From Acutalibacteraceae bacterium (GTDB lineage Bacteria; Bacillota; Clostridia; Oscillospirales; Acutalibacteraceae): 64,000 bases of DNA. The notes beneath the pieces are model-generated. The model was not told the DNA's origin, did not search any database, and saw only the letters and a program-made list of their open reading frames with translations. Both the position numbers and the translations under genes were made by a program. The number at the start of each line of letters is the position of its first letter. Within the stretch, counting starts at the first letter, position 1. The stretch covers positions 3,229 through 67,228 of the forward strand of contig JBMNVL010000001.1 of assembly GCA_050946775.1 (NCBI GenBank). Reading direction: 5' to 3'. Below, one piece after another: positions 1 through 9,689 of the stretch.

Positions 1-1
1 G

Positions 2-499
2 TACAAACGCCTTTACGCCAACATGGAGGCTTCGCCCAAGGGCGAGCGGGAAGAGCTGCGCCGGCTGTACGGCGCTCAGGTCGACAGCATGCAGGTCACC
101 CGCATCCGGCGGATGAAGACCTATTTCCACCTGCCGGCGGAGCAGATCGCCGCCAATTTGCTGCCGGTGACCGGCAGCCTGTCCCGGCAAACGCTCAAGG
201 ATATGATCGAGGCCGAGACCGACGAGCAGGTGCTCGAGCGGTTTTTCGCCACCGCCGGGCGATACGTCGACGAGGAGCAGCGGCGGCATCCCGACGATCT
301 GCCCATGCGGCTGCCCTATAAAGCGGCGCGTCACGCGCTGCACTTTTCCCGCTATCCGCAGGTCGTCTTTTCGGCCTATATCATGCTGACGGAAATGGAA
401 CTGGACGACCTGGTCAACATCATCGAGGGCGTCCGTTACGGCCTGCCGCCGTCCGAGATCGCCGCCATGCTGGTGATGGACGCCGCGCAGGCGGGATAA
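2..499 (+). CDS. atpC: V/A-type ATP synthase subunit C (d-like), C-terminal part; the 5' end lies beyond the left window edge
   Basis: The frame is open from base 2, with no stop before the listed Met at 23. It sits directly upstream of the I-K-F-E-A-B-D genes. The C-terminal ...MLTEMELDDLVNIIEGVRYGLPPSEI... resembles the end of bacterial V-ATPase C subunits. Confidence 0.6.
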   Translation, partial: YKRLYANMEASPKGEREELRRLYGAQVDSMQVTRIRRMKTYFHLPAEQIAANLLPVTGSLSRQTLKDMIEAETDEQVLERFFATAGRYVDEEQRRHPDDLPMRLPYKAARHALHFSRYPQVVFSAYIMLTEMELDDLVNIIEGVRYGLPPSEIAAMLVMDAAQAG

Positions 500-534
500 C
501 GCCCGGCTTTTCGGGCAGGAAGGGAGAGACACCG

Positions 535-2463
535 TTGATCACCAAAATGAAACGCCTGACCGTCGTCGGGCCGCTGGACCGGCTGGACGACGCGATGGAA
601 ATATGCGGCGAAAGCGGCGTGTTTCATCCGGAGGACGCCCTGTCGTTTTATTCCGACACCAAGGACTTTTCCCCCATTCGGGAGGAAAACCCTTACGGCG
701 AGGCGCTCGGCCGGTTGAAGACCGCCATTCGCCGGATCGGCGGTACGCCCCGGCTGACCCGGCCGTCGCCCTTGCCGGCGGACCGCGTCGAGGAATACGT
801 CGCCGGGTTTGAGGCGGACGCCGACCGGGCGGCGGGAGAGACCGACCGGTGGGAAGAGAGGGCGCGTACCCTCGCGCAGGAGATCGAGCAGTTCGAGCAC
901 CTCAAGGGGCTCAACGTCGAGCTGAGCAGTCTGCTGGAATGCCAGACCATCAAGGTGCGGTTCGGCCGACTGCCGGCCGAGGGATACGACAAGCTGGCGC
1001 TTTACGACGACGATCCCTACGTGATGTTTTTCACCGCCGGGCGGGAAAAGCATTATTACTGGGGGATGTATTTTGCGCCGCTGGACTTCGTCGACGCGGT
1101 CGACCGGATCTTTTCGGGGCTGTATTTCGAGCGGGTGCGGCTGCCGGCCGAGACCGGCACGGTGGAGGAGATCCTCGCCCATCTGCGAAAGGAGCACGCC
1201 GACGCCGAGCAGGCGCTCAAAACGGCCCGCGCGGACGCCGCGGCGCTGTGGGAGAAGGAAAAGGACGCCTGCCTGGAGGCCTACACCGCCATGCACCGGC
1301 GGGAGTACCTCTTCGGTCTGCGGCGGTACGCGGCGAAATACCACGACGAGTTTATCGTCACCGGATGGGTGCCGGCCGCCGAGCAAAAAGCGCTGGCCGA
1401 CCGGTTTGCCCCCATCGACGGGGTCAAGGCGACTTTTGAGGCGGCTACCGTCGACGAGCGACATACCCCGCCGGTTAAGCTGCGCAACTGGCGGCTTTTC
1501 CGGCCGTTTGAGTTTTTGGTCGATATGTACGGGATGCCCCGTTACGGCGAGATCGACCCCACGCCCTTCGTGGCGATCACCTACGTGCTGCTGTTCGGCA
1601 TCATGTTCGGCGACGTGGGGCAGGGGCTGCTGGTGTCGCTGGTCGGCTGGCTGATGTGGCGGCTCAAAAAGCTGGACATCGGCCGGGTGCTGATCCCCTG
1701 CGGGATCTCGTCGGCGGTCTTCGGGCTGGTCTACGGGTCGGTGTTCGGATTCGAGCATTGGCTGGATCCGCTCTACAAGGCGGTGCTGGGACTGGACGAA
1801 AAGCCGGTCGAGGTGATGCGCTCGTCGATGACCACCACCATTTTGCTGGCGTCGGTGGGGATCGGCATCGTGCTGATCGTGGTGTCGATGGCGCTGGGGA
1901 TCTATTCCGGCATCCGGCAGAAAAACTGGGAAGCGGCCTTTTTCAGCCCCAGCGGACTGGCCGGAATGGTCTTCTACCTGGCGGTGATCGTCGGGTGCGT
2001 CCTCCAGTTCGTGCTGGGGGTGCCGGTGATGACAACGTGGTACGTCCTCGGGCTGATCGTGCTGCCGCTGATTGTGATGTTTTTGCGCCAGCCGCTGGGC
2101 AAGCTGGCGGCGCGGGATCCCGACTGGAAGCCGGACGGGTGGGGCGATTTCATCCTGCAAAACTTCTTTGAGCTGTTCGAGACGATGCTGTCCTATCTGT
2201 CCAACACCATGTCGTTTTTGCGGGTGGGCGCCTTCGTGCTGGTCCACGCCGGGATGATGATGGCCGTCTTCGCGCTGGCCGATCTGTTCGGGCCATTCGG
2301 GGCGACGGTGACGGTGGTGATCGGCAACGCGCTGGTGATGGTGATGGAGGCGACGCTGGTCGCCATTCAGGTGATGCGTCTGGAATTTTACGAGATGTTC
2401 AGCCGGTACTACAACGGCGACGGACAGATCTTCACGCCCTTGTCGGCTCAGGCCGATTCGTGA
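535..2463 (+). CDS. atpI: V/A-type ATP synthase subunit I (membrane a-subunit)
   Basis: 642 aa. A soluble coiled N-terminal half is followed by multiple hydrophobic helices. Starts at TTG 535 (RBS GGGAGAG) or ATG 547 (MKRLTVVGP...). Operon position fits. Confidence 0.9.
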   Translation: MITKMKRLTVVGPLDRLDDAMEICGESGVFHPEDALSFYSDTKDFSPIREENPYGEALGRLKTAIRRIGGTPRLTRPSPLPADRVEEYVAGFEADADRAAGETDRWEERARTLAQEIEQFEHLKGLNVELSSLLECQTIKVRFGRLPAEGYDKLALYDDDPYVMFFTAGREKHYYWGMYFAPLDFVDAVDRIFSGLYFERVRLPAETGTVEEILAHLRKEHADAEQALKTARADAAALWEKEKDACLEAYTAMHRREYLFGLRRYAAKYHDEFIVTGWVPAAEQKALADRFAPIDGVKATFEAATVDERHTPPVKLRNWRLFRPFEFLVDMYGMPRYGEIDPTPFVAITYVLLFGIMFGDVGQGLLVSLVGWLMWRLKKLDIGRVLIPCGISSAVFGLVYGSVFGFEHWLDPLYKAVLGLDEKPVEVMRSSMTTTILLASVGIGIVLIVVSMALGIYSGIRQKNWEAAFFSPSGLAGMVFYLAVIVGCVLQFVLGVPVMTTWYVLGLIVLPLIVMFLRQPLGKLAARDPDWKPDGWGDFILQNFFELFETMLSYLSNTMSFLRVGAFVLVHAGMMMAVFALADLFGPFGATVTVVIGNALVMVMEATLVAIQVMRLEFYEMFSRYYNGDGQIFTPLSAQADS

Positions 2464-2489
2464 TAACGTCAATTCAAAAACGGAGGTAA

Positions 2490-2936
<447 letters not shown>

Positions 2937-2954
2937 CCTCCGGAGGCGAGACGG

Positions 2955-3263
2955 ATGCGCTTTTTTCTGATCAGCGACAACGTGGATACCCAGGTGGGGA
3001 TGCGTTTGGCGGGGATCGAGGGCGTGGTGGTGCACGAGGAAAGCGAGGTGCGCCGGGCGCTGACCGACGCCATGGAACAGCCCGACGTGGCGGTCATTTT
3101 AATGACCGCGCCGCTGACGGCGCTTTGCCGGGAGCTGGTGGACGATCTCAAGCTCCATCGCGCCCGGCCGCTGATCGTCGAGATCCCCGACCGGCACGGC
3201 AACGGCCGCGCCGCCGATTCCATCACCCGCTACGTGCGGGACGCGATCGGGATCAAGATGTAA
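2955..3263 (+). CDS. atpF: V/A-type ATP synthase subunit F
   Basis: 102 aa. MRFFLISD..VGMRLAGIEG..VAVILMT matches the pattern of V-ATPase F subunits. Operon position fits. Confidence 0.85.
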   Translation: MRFFLISDNVDTQVGMRLAGIEGVVVHEESEVRRALTDAMEQPDVAVILMTAPLTALCRELVDDLKLHRARPLIVEIPDRHGNGRAADSITRYVRDAIGIKM

Positions 3264-3275
3264 GGAGATACCGGT

Positions 3276-3878
3276 ATGATCGACAACGATAAAAAGACCG
3301 CCAAATTCATCGAGGCGATCACCGCCTACGCGCAGCAGCAGAGTCAGCATATCCACCGGGAGGTGGAGGCGTACAAGGCCGAGCGGCTGGCGAAGGCGGA
3401 GCGGCAGGTGATGGCGGAATCCGCCCGGCTGATCCGGGGGGAACGGGAGAACGCCGGCAACCGGCTGCGGCAGGAGCTGGCCGGACGGGAAGCCGACCGC
3501 CGGGCCGGGCTGATCCGCGAGCGGCAAAAGCGGATGGACGAGGTGTTCGCCGACGCCCGCCGGGAGCTGCTGGCCTACACCGCCACCCCGGCGTACGCCG
3601 ACTGGCTGGCGGCGTCGCTGAGGGAAATGGCGGCGGCGCTGCCGGGCGAGGGTACGGTCTTTTACCTGTGCGAGCGGGACAAAGAGCGGATCCCGGCGCT
3701 GCAGGCGCTTTGTCCGGCCGGCTGCCGCTTTGAGGTGGCCGGGGATATCGCCATCGGCGGTATCCGGGGGATCCAGCCCGCGGCCGGCCTGCTGGCGGAC
3801 GATACGCTGGATACCCGGCTGGAGGAGCAGCGGGACTGGCTGATGGAGAGCATGGGACTGACCATCCAGCCGGTGTAA
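3276..3878 (+). CDS. atpE: V/A-type ATP synthase subunit E (peripheral stalk)
   Basis: 200 aa. A highly charged helical N-terminus (AERLAKAERQVMAE...) precedes a globular C-terminus. Located between F and A. Confidence 0.75.
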   Translation: MIDNDKKTAKFIEAITAYAQQQSQHIHREVEAYKAERLAKAERQVMAESARLIRGERENAGNRLRQELAGREADRRAGLIRERQKRMDEVFADARRELLAYTATPAYADWLAASLREMAAALPGEGTVFYLCERDKERIPALQALCPAGCRFEVAGDIAIGGIRGIQPAAGLLADDTLDTRLEEQRDWLMESMGLTIQPV

Positions 3879-3891
3879 GAAAGGAACGCGT

Positions 3892-5649
3892 ATGAACACG
3901 ACGATATACGGGATCAACGGGCCGGTGGTCACCATTCAGGGGGCGACGGGTCTGGCGATGATGGATATGGTGCTGGTCGGCCACGAGCGGCTGGTGGGCG
4001 AGGTGATCGGCGTCACCGCCGACAAGACCACCATCCAGGTCTACGAAAACACCACCGGTCTGCGGCCGGGCGAGCCGGTGGAGTCTACCGGCGGCCCGCT
4101 GTGCGCCACCCTGGGTCCGGGGATCCTCGACAATATTTACGACGGCATCGAGCGGCCGCTGCGGGCGCTGGCCGGGCAGTCGGGGGATTTTCTCTCCCGG
4201 GGCGCGTCGGTGGCGGCGCTGGACGGGGAAAAGGTCTGGCAGGTGACGCTCACCGTTCAGCCGGGCGACCGGCTGGAGCCGGGCGACGTTTACGCCACCT
4301 GTCCCGAGACCGCCGTCATCACCCACCGCTGCATGGTGCCGCCGGGAGTGGCCGGCACCGTGACGGCCGTCGTGCCAAACGGCGGCTACCGGGTGAACGA
4401 CACGGTGGTTACCCTGACCGACGACAAGGGGAAGGAGCGCCCGCTGACGCTGTGCCAGCGCTGGCCCATCCGCACCCCACGGCCGGTCCAAAAACGGCTC
4501 TACGCCAACACCCCGCTGATCACCGGTCAGCGGGTGATCGACACCCTGTTCCCGGTGGCCAAGGGCGGCGCCGCCGCCATTCCCGGCGGATTCGGCACCG
4601 GCAAGACCATGACCCAGCACCAGCTGGCCAAGTGGTGCGACGCCGATATCATCGTCTACGTCGGCTGCGGCGAGCGGGGCAACGAAATGTCCCAGGTGCT
4701 GGAGGAGTTTTCGAGTCTGATCGACCCCAAATCCGGCCGGCCGATGACCGACCGGACGGTGCTGATCGCCAACACCTCCAATATGCCGGTGGCGGCGCGG
4801 GAAGCGTCGATCTATACCGGTATCACCTTGGCGGAGTATTACCGCGATATGGGGTATCACGTCGCCATTATGGCCGATTCCACCTCCCGGTGGGCGGAAG
4901 CCCTGCGGGAAATCAGCGGCCGGCTGGAGGAAATGCCGGCCGAGGAAGGATTTCCGGCCTATCTGCCCTCCCGGCTGTCGGCCTTTTACGAACGGGCCGG
5001 GATGATGCAGACGCTGGGCGGTCAATCCGGCAGCGTGACCATCATCGGCGCGGTGTCGCCCCAGGGCAGCGATTTTTCCGAGCCGGTCACCCAGAACACC
5101 AAGCGGTTCACCCGCTGCTTCTGGGCGCTGGACAAGGCGCTGGCCTACGCGCGGCATTATCCCGCCATCAACTGGATGGATTCTTACAGCGAGTACGTGG
5201 GGGATCTGTCCGCCTGGTACGCCGAAAACGTCGGCGAGGATTTTACCGCCTGCCGGGGAAAGATCGCCGCGCTGCTGCAGGAAGAAAGCAAGCTGATGGA
5301 GATCGTCAAGCTGATCGGCTCCGACGTGCTGCCCGACGACCAGAAGCTGGTCATCGAGACGGCGCGGGTGATCCGGGTGGGCTTTTTGCAGCAAAACGCC
5401 TATCACAAAGACGATACCTTCGTTCCGCTTCAAAAGCAGCTCAAAATGATGCGGGTGATCCTGCGGCTGCACCGGGCGGCGTCGACGGCGGTGGCCGCCG
5501 GAGTGCCGCTCAGCCGGATCGTGGGATTGGGACTGTTCGACAAGGCGGCGCGGATGAAATTCGACGTGCCCAACGATCAGCTCGACCGGCTCGACGGGAT
5601 GATCGACGAGATCGACGACAAGATCCGCGGCCTGGTGCAGGCCGACTGA
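3892..5649 (+). CDS. atpA: V/A-type ATP synthase catalytic subunit A
   Basis: 585 aa. Walker A GGFGTGKT, plus the conserved ...GERGNEM..., ...[19 protein letters not shown]... blocks. Confidence 0.95.
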   Translation: MNTTIYGINGPVVTIQGATGLAMMDMVLVGHERLVGEVIGVTADKTTIQVYENTTGLRPGEPVESTGGPLCATLGPGILDNIYDGIERPLRALAGQSGDFLSRGASVAALDGEKVWQVTLTVQPGDRLEPGDVYATCPETAVITHRCMVPPGVAGTVTAVVPNGGYRVNDTVVTLTDDKGKERPLTLCQRWPIRTPRPVQKRLYANTPLITGQRVIDTLFPVAKGGAAAIPGGFGTGKTMTQHQLAKWCDADIIVYVGCGERGNEMSQVLEEFSSLIDPKSGRPMTDRTVLIANTSNMPVAAREASIYTGITLAEYYRDMGYHVAIMADSTSRWAEALREISGRLEEMPAEEGFPAYLPSRLSAFYERAGMMQTLGGQSGSVTIIGAVSPQGSDFSEPVTQNTKRFTRCFWALDKALAYARHYPAINWMDSYSEYVGDLSAWYAENVGEDFTACRGKIAALLQEESKLMEIVKLIGSDVLPDDQKLVIETARVIRVGFLQQNAYHKDDTFVPLQKQLKMMRVILRLHRAASTAVAAGVPLSRIVGLGLFDKAARMKFDVPNDQLDRLDGMIDEIDDKIRGLVQAD

Positions 5650-5669
5650 CGAAACAGGGATGTGAGCGT

Positions 5670-7106
5670 GTGGTTATTGAATATGTGGGCGTGAAGGATA
5701 TCGCCGGGTCGCTGATCGAGGTGGACGGGGTGAAAAACGCCTCGTTCGACGAGACGGTGACCATCCGGCTGGACGACGGATCCACCCGTGCCGGGCGGAT
5801 CGTCGAGCTGGCGGGTGAGCGGGCGATCATCCAGGTGTTCGAGGGTACCGCCGGCATATCGCTGGACAATACCCGTACCCGGCTGGAGGGACATCCGGTG
5901 GAAATGCCGCTGTCGCCCGAGCTGCTGGGGCGGATCTTCGACGGCGCCGGACGCCCGATCGACGGACTCGGCCCGATCTATGCCAAGACCCGCCGGGACA
6001 TCAACGGCTCGTCCATCAACCCGGTTTCCCGGATTTATCCCCGCAACTATATCGCCACCGGCATTTCCTCCATCGACTGCCTGATGACCCTGATCCGGGG
6101 GCAAAAGCTGCCCATTTTCTCGGGTTCGGGTATGCACCACAACGAGCTGGCGGCGCAGATCGTCCGCCAGGCCAAGATCGCCGACAGCCGGGACCAGGAA
6201 TTCGCCGTGGTGTTCGCCGCAATGGGGGTCACCAGCGACGTGGCGGATTATTTCCGCCGCAATTTCGAGGCCGGCGGCGTGCTGGGCAAGGTGGCGATGT
6301 TCCTCAATCTGTCCAGCGATCCGGTGATCGAGCGGATCCTGACTCCTCGCTGTGCGCTGACGGCGGCGGAATACCTCGCCTTTGACTGCAATATGCACAT
6401 TTTGGTGATCATGACCGATATGACCTCCTACGCCGAGGCCTGCCGGGAATTTTCCTCCTCCAAAGGGGAGATCCCCGGGCGAAAAGGGTATCCCGGTTAT
6501 ATGTACTCCGATCTGGCGTCGCTGTATGAACGGGCGGGTATGATCCGCTCGAGCAGCGGCTCGGTGACCCAGATCCCGATCTTGACCATGCCCAATGACG
6601 ACATCACCAACCCGGTGCCCGATCTGACCGGCTACATCACCGAAGGGCAGATCGTGCTGGACCGCGGGCTGGACAACCGGGGGATCTATCCGCCGGTGTC
6701 GGCGCTGCCGTCGCTGTCCCGGCTGATGAAGGACGGCATCGGCGAGGGCTTTACCCGTGCCGATCACGCGGCGGTGGCCAACCAGTTGTTCGCCTGCTAT
6801 GCCCGGGTGCAGGACGCCCGGTCGCTGGCGTCGGTGATCGGGGAGGAGGAATTATCGGCCACCGACAAAAAGCTGATGGCCTTCGGGCGCCGGTTTGACG
6901 AGGAATTCATCCGCCAGGGGGAAAACGTCAACCGCACCATCGACCAGACGCTGGATCTGGGATGGCGGCTGTTGTCCACCCTGCCGCGGGAGGAGCTGGA
7001 CCGGATCGACGACAAGCTGCTCGACGAGCATTACCGGCCGGAGCCGGACGTGGCGGATCCCGAGGCGGTCAAGGCCGCCGAGGACGCCGAAAACGAGGAA
7101 GAATAG
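5670..7106 (+). CDS. atpB: V/A-type ATP synthase subunit B
   Basis: 478 aa from GTG 5670 (RBS AGGGA). [20 protein letters not shown]... is a typical B start. The 1001-aa ORF in the track (4101..7106) is this gene plus an upstream shadow-frame extension over atpA. Confidence 0.93.
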   Translation: MVIEYVGVKDIAGSLIEVDGVKNASFDETVTIRLDDGSTRAGRIVELAGERAIIQVFEGTAGISLDNTRTRLEGHPVEMPLSPELLGRIFDGAGRPIDGLGPIYAKTRRDINGSSINPVSRIYPRNYIATGISSIDCLMTLIRGQKLPIFSGSGMHHNELAAQIVRQAKIADSRDQEFAVVFAAMGVTSDVADYFRRNFEAGGVLGKVAMFLNLSSDPVIERILTPRCALTAAEYLAFDCNMHILVIMTDMTSYAEACREFSSSKGEIPGRKGYPGYMYSDLASLYERAGMIRSSSGSVTQIPILTMPNDDITNPVPDLTGYITEGQIVLDRGLDNRGIYPPVSALPSLSRLMKDGIGEGFTRADHAAVANQLFACYARVQDARSLASVIGEEELSATDKKLMAFGRRFDEEFIRQGENVNRTIDQTLDLGWRLLSTLPREELDRIDDKLLDEHYRPEPDVADPEAVKAAEDAENEEE

Positions 7107-7109
7107 GCG

Positions 7110-7262
7110 CCGCGGGCAAACGCTATCCCTACGGGTTGCCGTCGGCTGTCGCCATCGCGCCTGCCGATCCAGCCCCTTTACACAAGGGGGCCACACATCG
7201 CCCGAAGAATCGTTTATCGTCATCCCGCGGGCAGATGATATCCGTGTCTGCGGCACGCGGAC
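7110..7262 (-). repeat. Composite REP-like intergenic repeat (short version), inserted between atpB and atpD
   Basis: Its reverse complement contains ..cggcaacccgtaggg.. and ..gggatgacgataaacgattcttcgggcga..gtggccc.. These match modules at 46183-46260 and 46451-46488. Confidence 0.7.
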
Positions 7263-7267
7263 GGCTA

Positions 7268-7300
7268 TCTAACGTCTAACGTCTAATATCTAACGTCTAA
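7268..7300 (+). repeat. Tandem CTAACGT heptamer run placing TAA stops in all three frames, abutting the atpD RBS
   Basis: The sequence reads tctaacgtctaacgtctaatatctaacgtctaa, followed by AAGGAGGTGA and ATG 7317. Confidence 0.7.
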
Positions 7301-7316
7301 AAGGAGGTGACGGTCG

Positions 7317-7934
7317 ATGGCCGATCAGGTGTTCGCCACCAAGGGCAACTTGATCCAGACCCGCAAATCGCTGCAGCTGGCGACGCTGGGGTTTGAACTG
7401 CTGGATCGCAAACGCAACGTGATCGTGCGGGAGATGATGGCGCTCATCGACCGCGCCGCCGTGCTGCAGACCAGAGTCGACACCGCTTACGCCGACGCCT
7501 ATCTGGCGCTGCAGCGCGCCAACGTGATGCACGGCCTGTGCGCCGACGTGGCGGCCGCCGTGCCGGTGGAAACCGGTCTGCGGCTGAGCGGGCGAAGCGT
7601 GATGGGGGTGGAGATCCCGCTTTTGGAGCTGCAGGAAACGCCGCCGTCGCTCAGCTACGGCTTTATGTTCACCGGCCCAAGGGTGGACGAGGCGTACATC
7701 CGCTTTGACGAGGTCAAAAAACTGACGGTGGAGCTGGCCGAGGTGGAAAACAGCGTTTACCGGCTGGCCACGGCGGTCAACAAGACCCAAAAACGCGCCA
7801 ACGCGCTGAAAAACATCATCATTCCCCGGCTGACGGCGACGGTGAAATTCATCTCCGATTCGCTGGAGGAAAAGGAACGGGAGGAATTCTCCCGTCTGAA
7901 GGTGATCAAGGAACAAAAGAAACGCCGCAGATAA
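7317..7934 (+). CDS. atpD: V/A-type ATP synthase subunit D (central stalk)
   Basis: 205 aa. MADQVFATKGNLIQTRKSLQLATLGFELLDRKRNVI... is a canonical D-subunit N-terminus. The RBS is a perfect AAGGAGGTGA. Confidence 0.92.
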   Translation: MADQVFATKGNLIQTRKSLQLATLGFELLDRKRNVIVREMMALIDRAAVLQTRVDTAYADAYLALQRANVMHGLCADVAAAVPVETGLRLSGRSVMGVEIPLLELQETPPSLSYGFMFTGPRVDEAYIRFDEVKKLTVELAEVENSVYRLATAVNKTQKRANALKNIIIPRLTATVKFISDSLEEKEREEFSRLKVIKEQKKRRR

Positions 7935-7976
7935 ACCGTCCGGGCGAGGACACACTGGACTATGGGAGGCGAGACG

Positions 7977-8921
7977 ATGAACAACAACCGCAAAATCGTG
8001 CTGGTGGGTACCGGCATGGTGGGGATGAGCTTTGCCTACGCCGCGCTCAACCAACGGGTGGGCGACGAGCTGGTGCTCATCGACCTCGACCGCAAACGGG
8101 CCGAGGGCGAGGCGATGGATCTCAACCACGGTCTGGCCTTTTCGGGCGCGTCGATGAAGATCTCCGCCGGAGACTACGCCGACTGCGCCAACGCCGACAT
8201 CGTGGTGATCTGCGCCGGCGTGGGGCAAAAGCCGGGTGAAAGCCGGCTGGAGCTGCTTCAGCGCAATACCCAGGTGTTTCGCTCCATTGTGGAGCCGGTG
8301 GTGGCGTCGGGGTTTGCCGGGATCTTTTTGGTGGCCACCAACCCGGTGGACATCATGACCCGGGTCACCTACGAGCTGTCGGGCTTCAACGCCAACCGGG
8401 TGCTGGGCACCGGCACCTCGCTGGATACCGCCCGGCTGCGATATCTGCTGGGCGAGTATTTCGGGGTGGATACCCGCAATATGCACGCCTACGTGATGGG
8501 CGAGCACGGCGACAGCGAATTCGTTCCCTGGTCGCAGGCGATGCTGGCCACCCGGTCGGTGGTGGATCTGTGCCGCGACGAGGAACGCTATCGCCGGGAG
8601 GATCTGGAGACCATCAGCTGTGAGGTGCGCGAAGCGGCGCAAAAGATCATTCTGGCCAAAAAAGCGACCTATTACGGGGTCGGGATGGCGATCACCCGCA
8701 TCGTAAAGGCGATCCTTTACAACGAGAACAGCGTGCTGACGGTGTCGGCGCGTCTGCGGGGCGAATACGGGCAAAAGGACGTTTTCGTCGGCGTGCCCTG
8801 CATCGTCAACCGGATGGGGGTCGACCGGATCCTCGAGGTGGGGCTGACCGACGAGGAGCTGGAAAAAATGGCGCATTCCTGCGCCGTTTTGCAGGAAAAC
8901 TTCGACGGGCTGAAGCTGTAA
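7977..8921 (+). CDS. ldh: L-lactate dehydrogenase
   Basis: Contains KIVLVGTGMVG (NAD fold), ..ATNPVDIMT.., ..GEHGDSEFVPWS.. Start moved to ATG 7977 (MNNNRK, RBS GGGAGG). Confidence 0.93.
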   Translation: MNNNRKIVLVGTGMVGMSFAYAALNQRVGDELVLIDLDRKRAEGEAMDLNHGLAFSGASMKISAGDYADCANADIVVICAGVGQKPGESRLELLQRNTQVFRSIVEPVVASGFAGIFLVATNPVDIMTRVTYELSGFNANRVLGTGTSLDTARLRYLLGEYFGVDTRNMHAYVMGEHGDSEFVPWSQAMLATRSVVDLCRDEERYRREDLETISCEVREAAQKIILAKKATYYGVGMAITRIVKAILYNENSVLTVSARLRGEYGQKDVFVGVPCIVNRMGVDRILEVGLTDEELEKMAHSCAVLQENFDGLKL

Positions 8922-8924
8922 GTC

Positions 8925-8957
8925 AAAAGGCAACCGCGCCGGCGGTTGCCTTTTTTT
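8925..8957. terminator. Bidirectional intrinsic terminator between ldh and the convergent 81-aa gene
   Basis: aaaaGGCAACCGCgccgGCGGTTGCCttttttt: a 9-bp GC stem flanked by an A-run and a T-run. Confidence 0.8.
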
Positions 8958-9201
8958 AACCGAAATCGTGGCGGACACCGCCGTTGCTGCCAATGGATTC
9001 CAGCACACAAACGATCTCTTCGATCTGTTCAAAGCATTCGGCATCCTCCGGATTTTCATCCTCCAAAATGGCTTTGATCCGCTCCAACGCGCGGTAACAA
9101 ACGCCTTCGACCCGTCCGGTGAGCGCCATTTCATCCCGCAGCCATTCCGGCAGATTTTCCTGCCGCAGCAGTTGAGCGGTTATGTCGTCAAATAGAGACA
9201 T
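8956..9201 (-). CDS. Hypothetical acidic 81-aa protein, divergent partner of an XRE regulator
   Basis: An intact ORF in a compact divergent arrangement with 9291..9521. It shares a promoter region holding two palindromic operators. I recognise no family. Confidence 0.45.
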   Translation of the reverse strand: MSLFDDITAQLLRQENLPEWLRDEMALTGRVEGVCYRALERIKAILEDENPEDAECFEQIEEIVCVLESIGSNGGVRHDFG

Positions 9202-9224
9202 ACTGCATCACCTCACATACAGTA

Positions 9225-9266
9225 TACACAGTTTCTGTGTAAAAGCGATACACAAGTATTGTGTAT
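9225..9266. promoter_or_regulatory. Two palindromic operator-like sites sharing a TACACA half-site in the divergent promoter region
   Basis: TACACAG-TTT-CTGTGTA (9225-9241) and ATACACAA-GTA-TTGTGTAT (9248-9266). They overlap TATACT -10-like hexamers at 9264-9274. Confidence 0.55.
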
Positions 9267-9290
9267 ACTATACTGGTGGCGGTGATGTTT

Positions 9291-9521
9291 ATGCAGCTGC
9301 GCATACGGGATTTGCGGGAAGACCGCGATTTGACCCAAGCGGATATGGCGGCGTTTTTGGGGTGCCGGCAACAAACCTATTCCCGCTATGAAAACGAACA
9401 GGCACAGCCCTCGTTGGAAACGCTGGCGCGCCTGGCGGCGTATTTCGGCACCAGCGTCGACTATCTGCTGGGGATCACCGATGAGCCGCGCCCCTATCCT
9501 CCCGCGAAAAGACGCAGATAA
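9291..9521 (+). CDS. XRE-family helix-turn-helix transcriptional regulator
   Basis: MQLRIRDLREDRDLTQADMAAFLGCRQQTYSRYENEQAQPSLETLARLAAYFGTSVDYLLG is a classic HTH_3 domain. Confidence 0.85.
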   Translation: MQLRIRDLREDRDLTQADMAAFLGCRQQTYSRYENEQAQPSLETLARLAAYFGTSVDYLLGITDEPRPYPPAKRRR

Positions 9522-9526
9522 ACCCA

Positions 9527-9566
9527 TCCCGCCGGTGTGAAAACACCGGCGGGATTTTTGCTTTTT
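9527..9566 (+). terminator. Intrinsic terminator after the XRE gene
   Basis: TCCCGCCGGTGTgaaaACACCGGCGGGAtttttgcttttt. Confidence 0.8.
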
Positions 9567-9573
9567 ACGCCCA

Positions 9574-9666
9574 TTGGCGGCGTGCCGTAGGGACGGATAT
9601 TATCCGCCCGCCGACTATTGAACAAACCGGTGGCGGCACCGTAGGGGAGGGGTTTCCCCTCCCGCC
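9574..9666 (+). repeat. Two tandem REP-like units (GGCGGC-N-CGTAGGG + GC-rich hairpin + GCC)
   Basis: ttggcggcgtgCCGTAGGGACGGATATTATCCGCCCgcc and ggtggcggcaCCGTAGGGGAGGGGTTTCCCCTCCCgcc. The same motif recurs at 46183-46220, 46451-46488 and, inverted, at 7127-7150. Confidence 0.75.
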
Positions 9667-9689
9667 AAACCGCACAAACCCGTGGCAGG

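Noticed and set aside
436-2472. 678-aa ORF on the minus strand opposite atpI. Similar long antisense or shadow ORFs include 3319-5472(-), 9693-11330(+), 15635-18829(-), 19626-21185(+), 35117-36502(+), 42698-45787(+), 55851-57110(+), 57823-59427(+) and 61982-63685(+).
   Set aside because: Each lies antisense to, or out of frame with, a gene that has clear family motifs. Their translations are low-complexity and R/G/P/H/Q-rich, and they lack an RBS. This is typical stop-codon depletion in high-GC DNA, not genes.
4101-7106. 1001-aa ORF that could be read as a giant fusion protein.
   Set aside because: Only the last 478 codons (from GTG 5670, with an RBS) are AtpB. The upstream part is the +1 shadow frame of atpA and translates to Arg/Gly/Pro-rich sequence.
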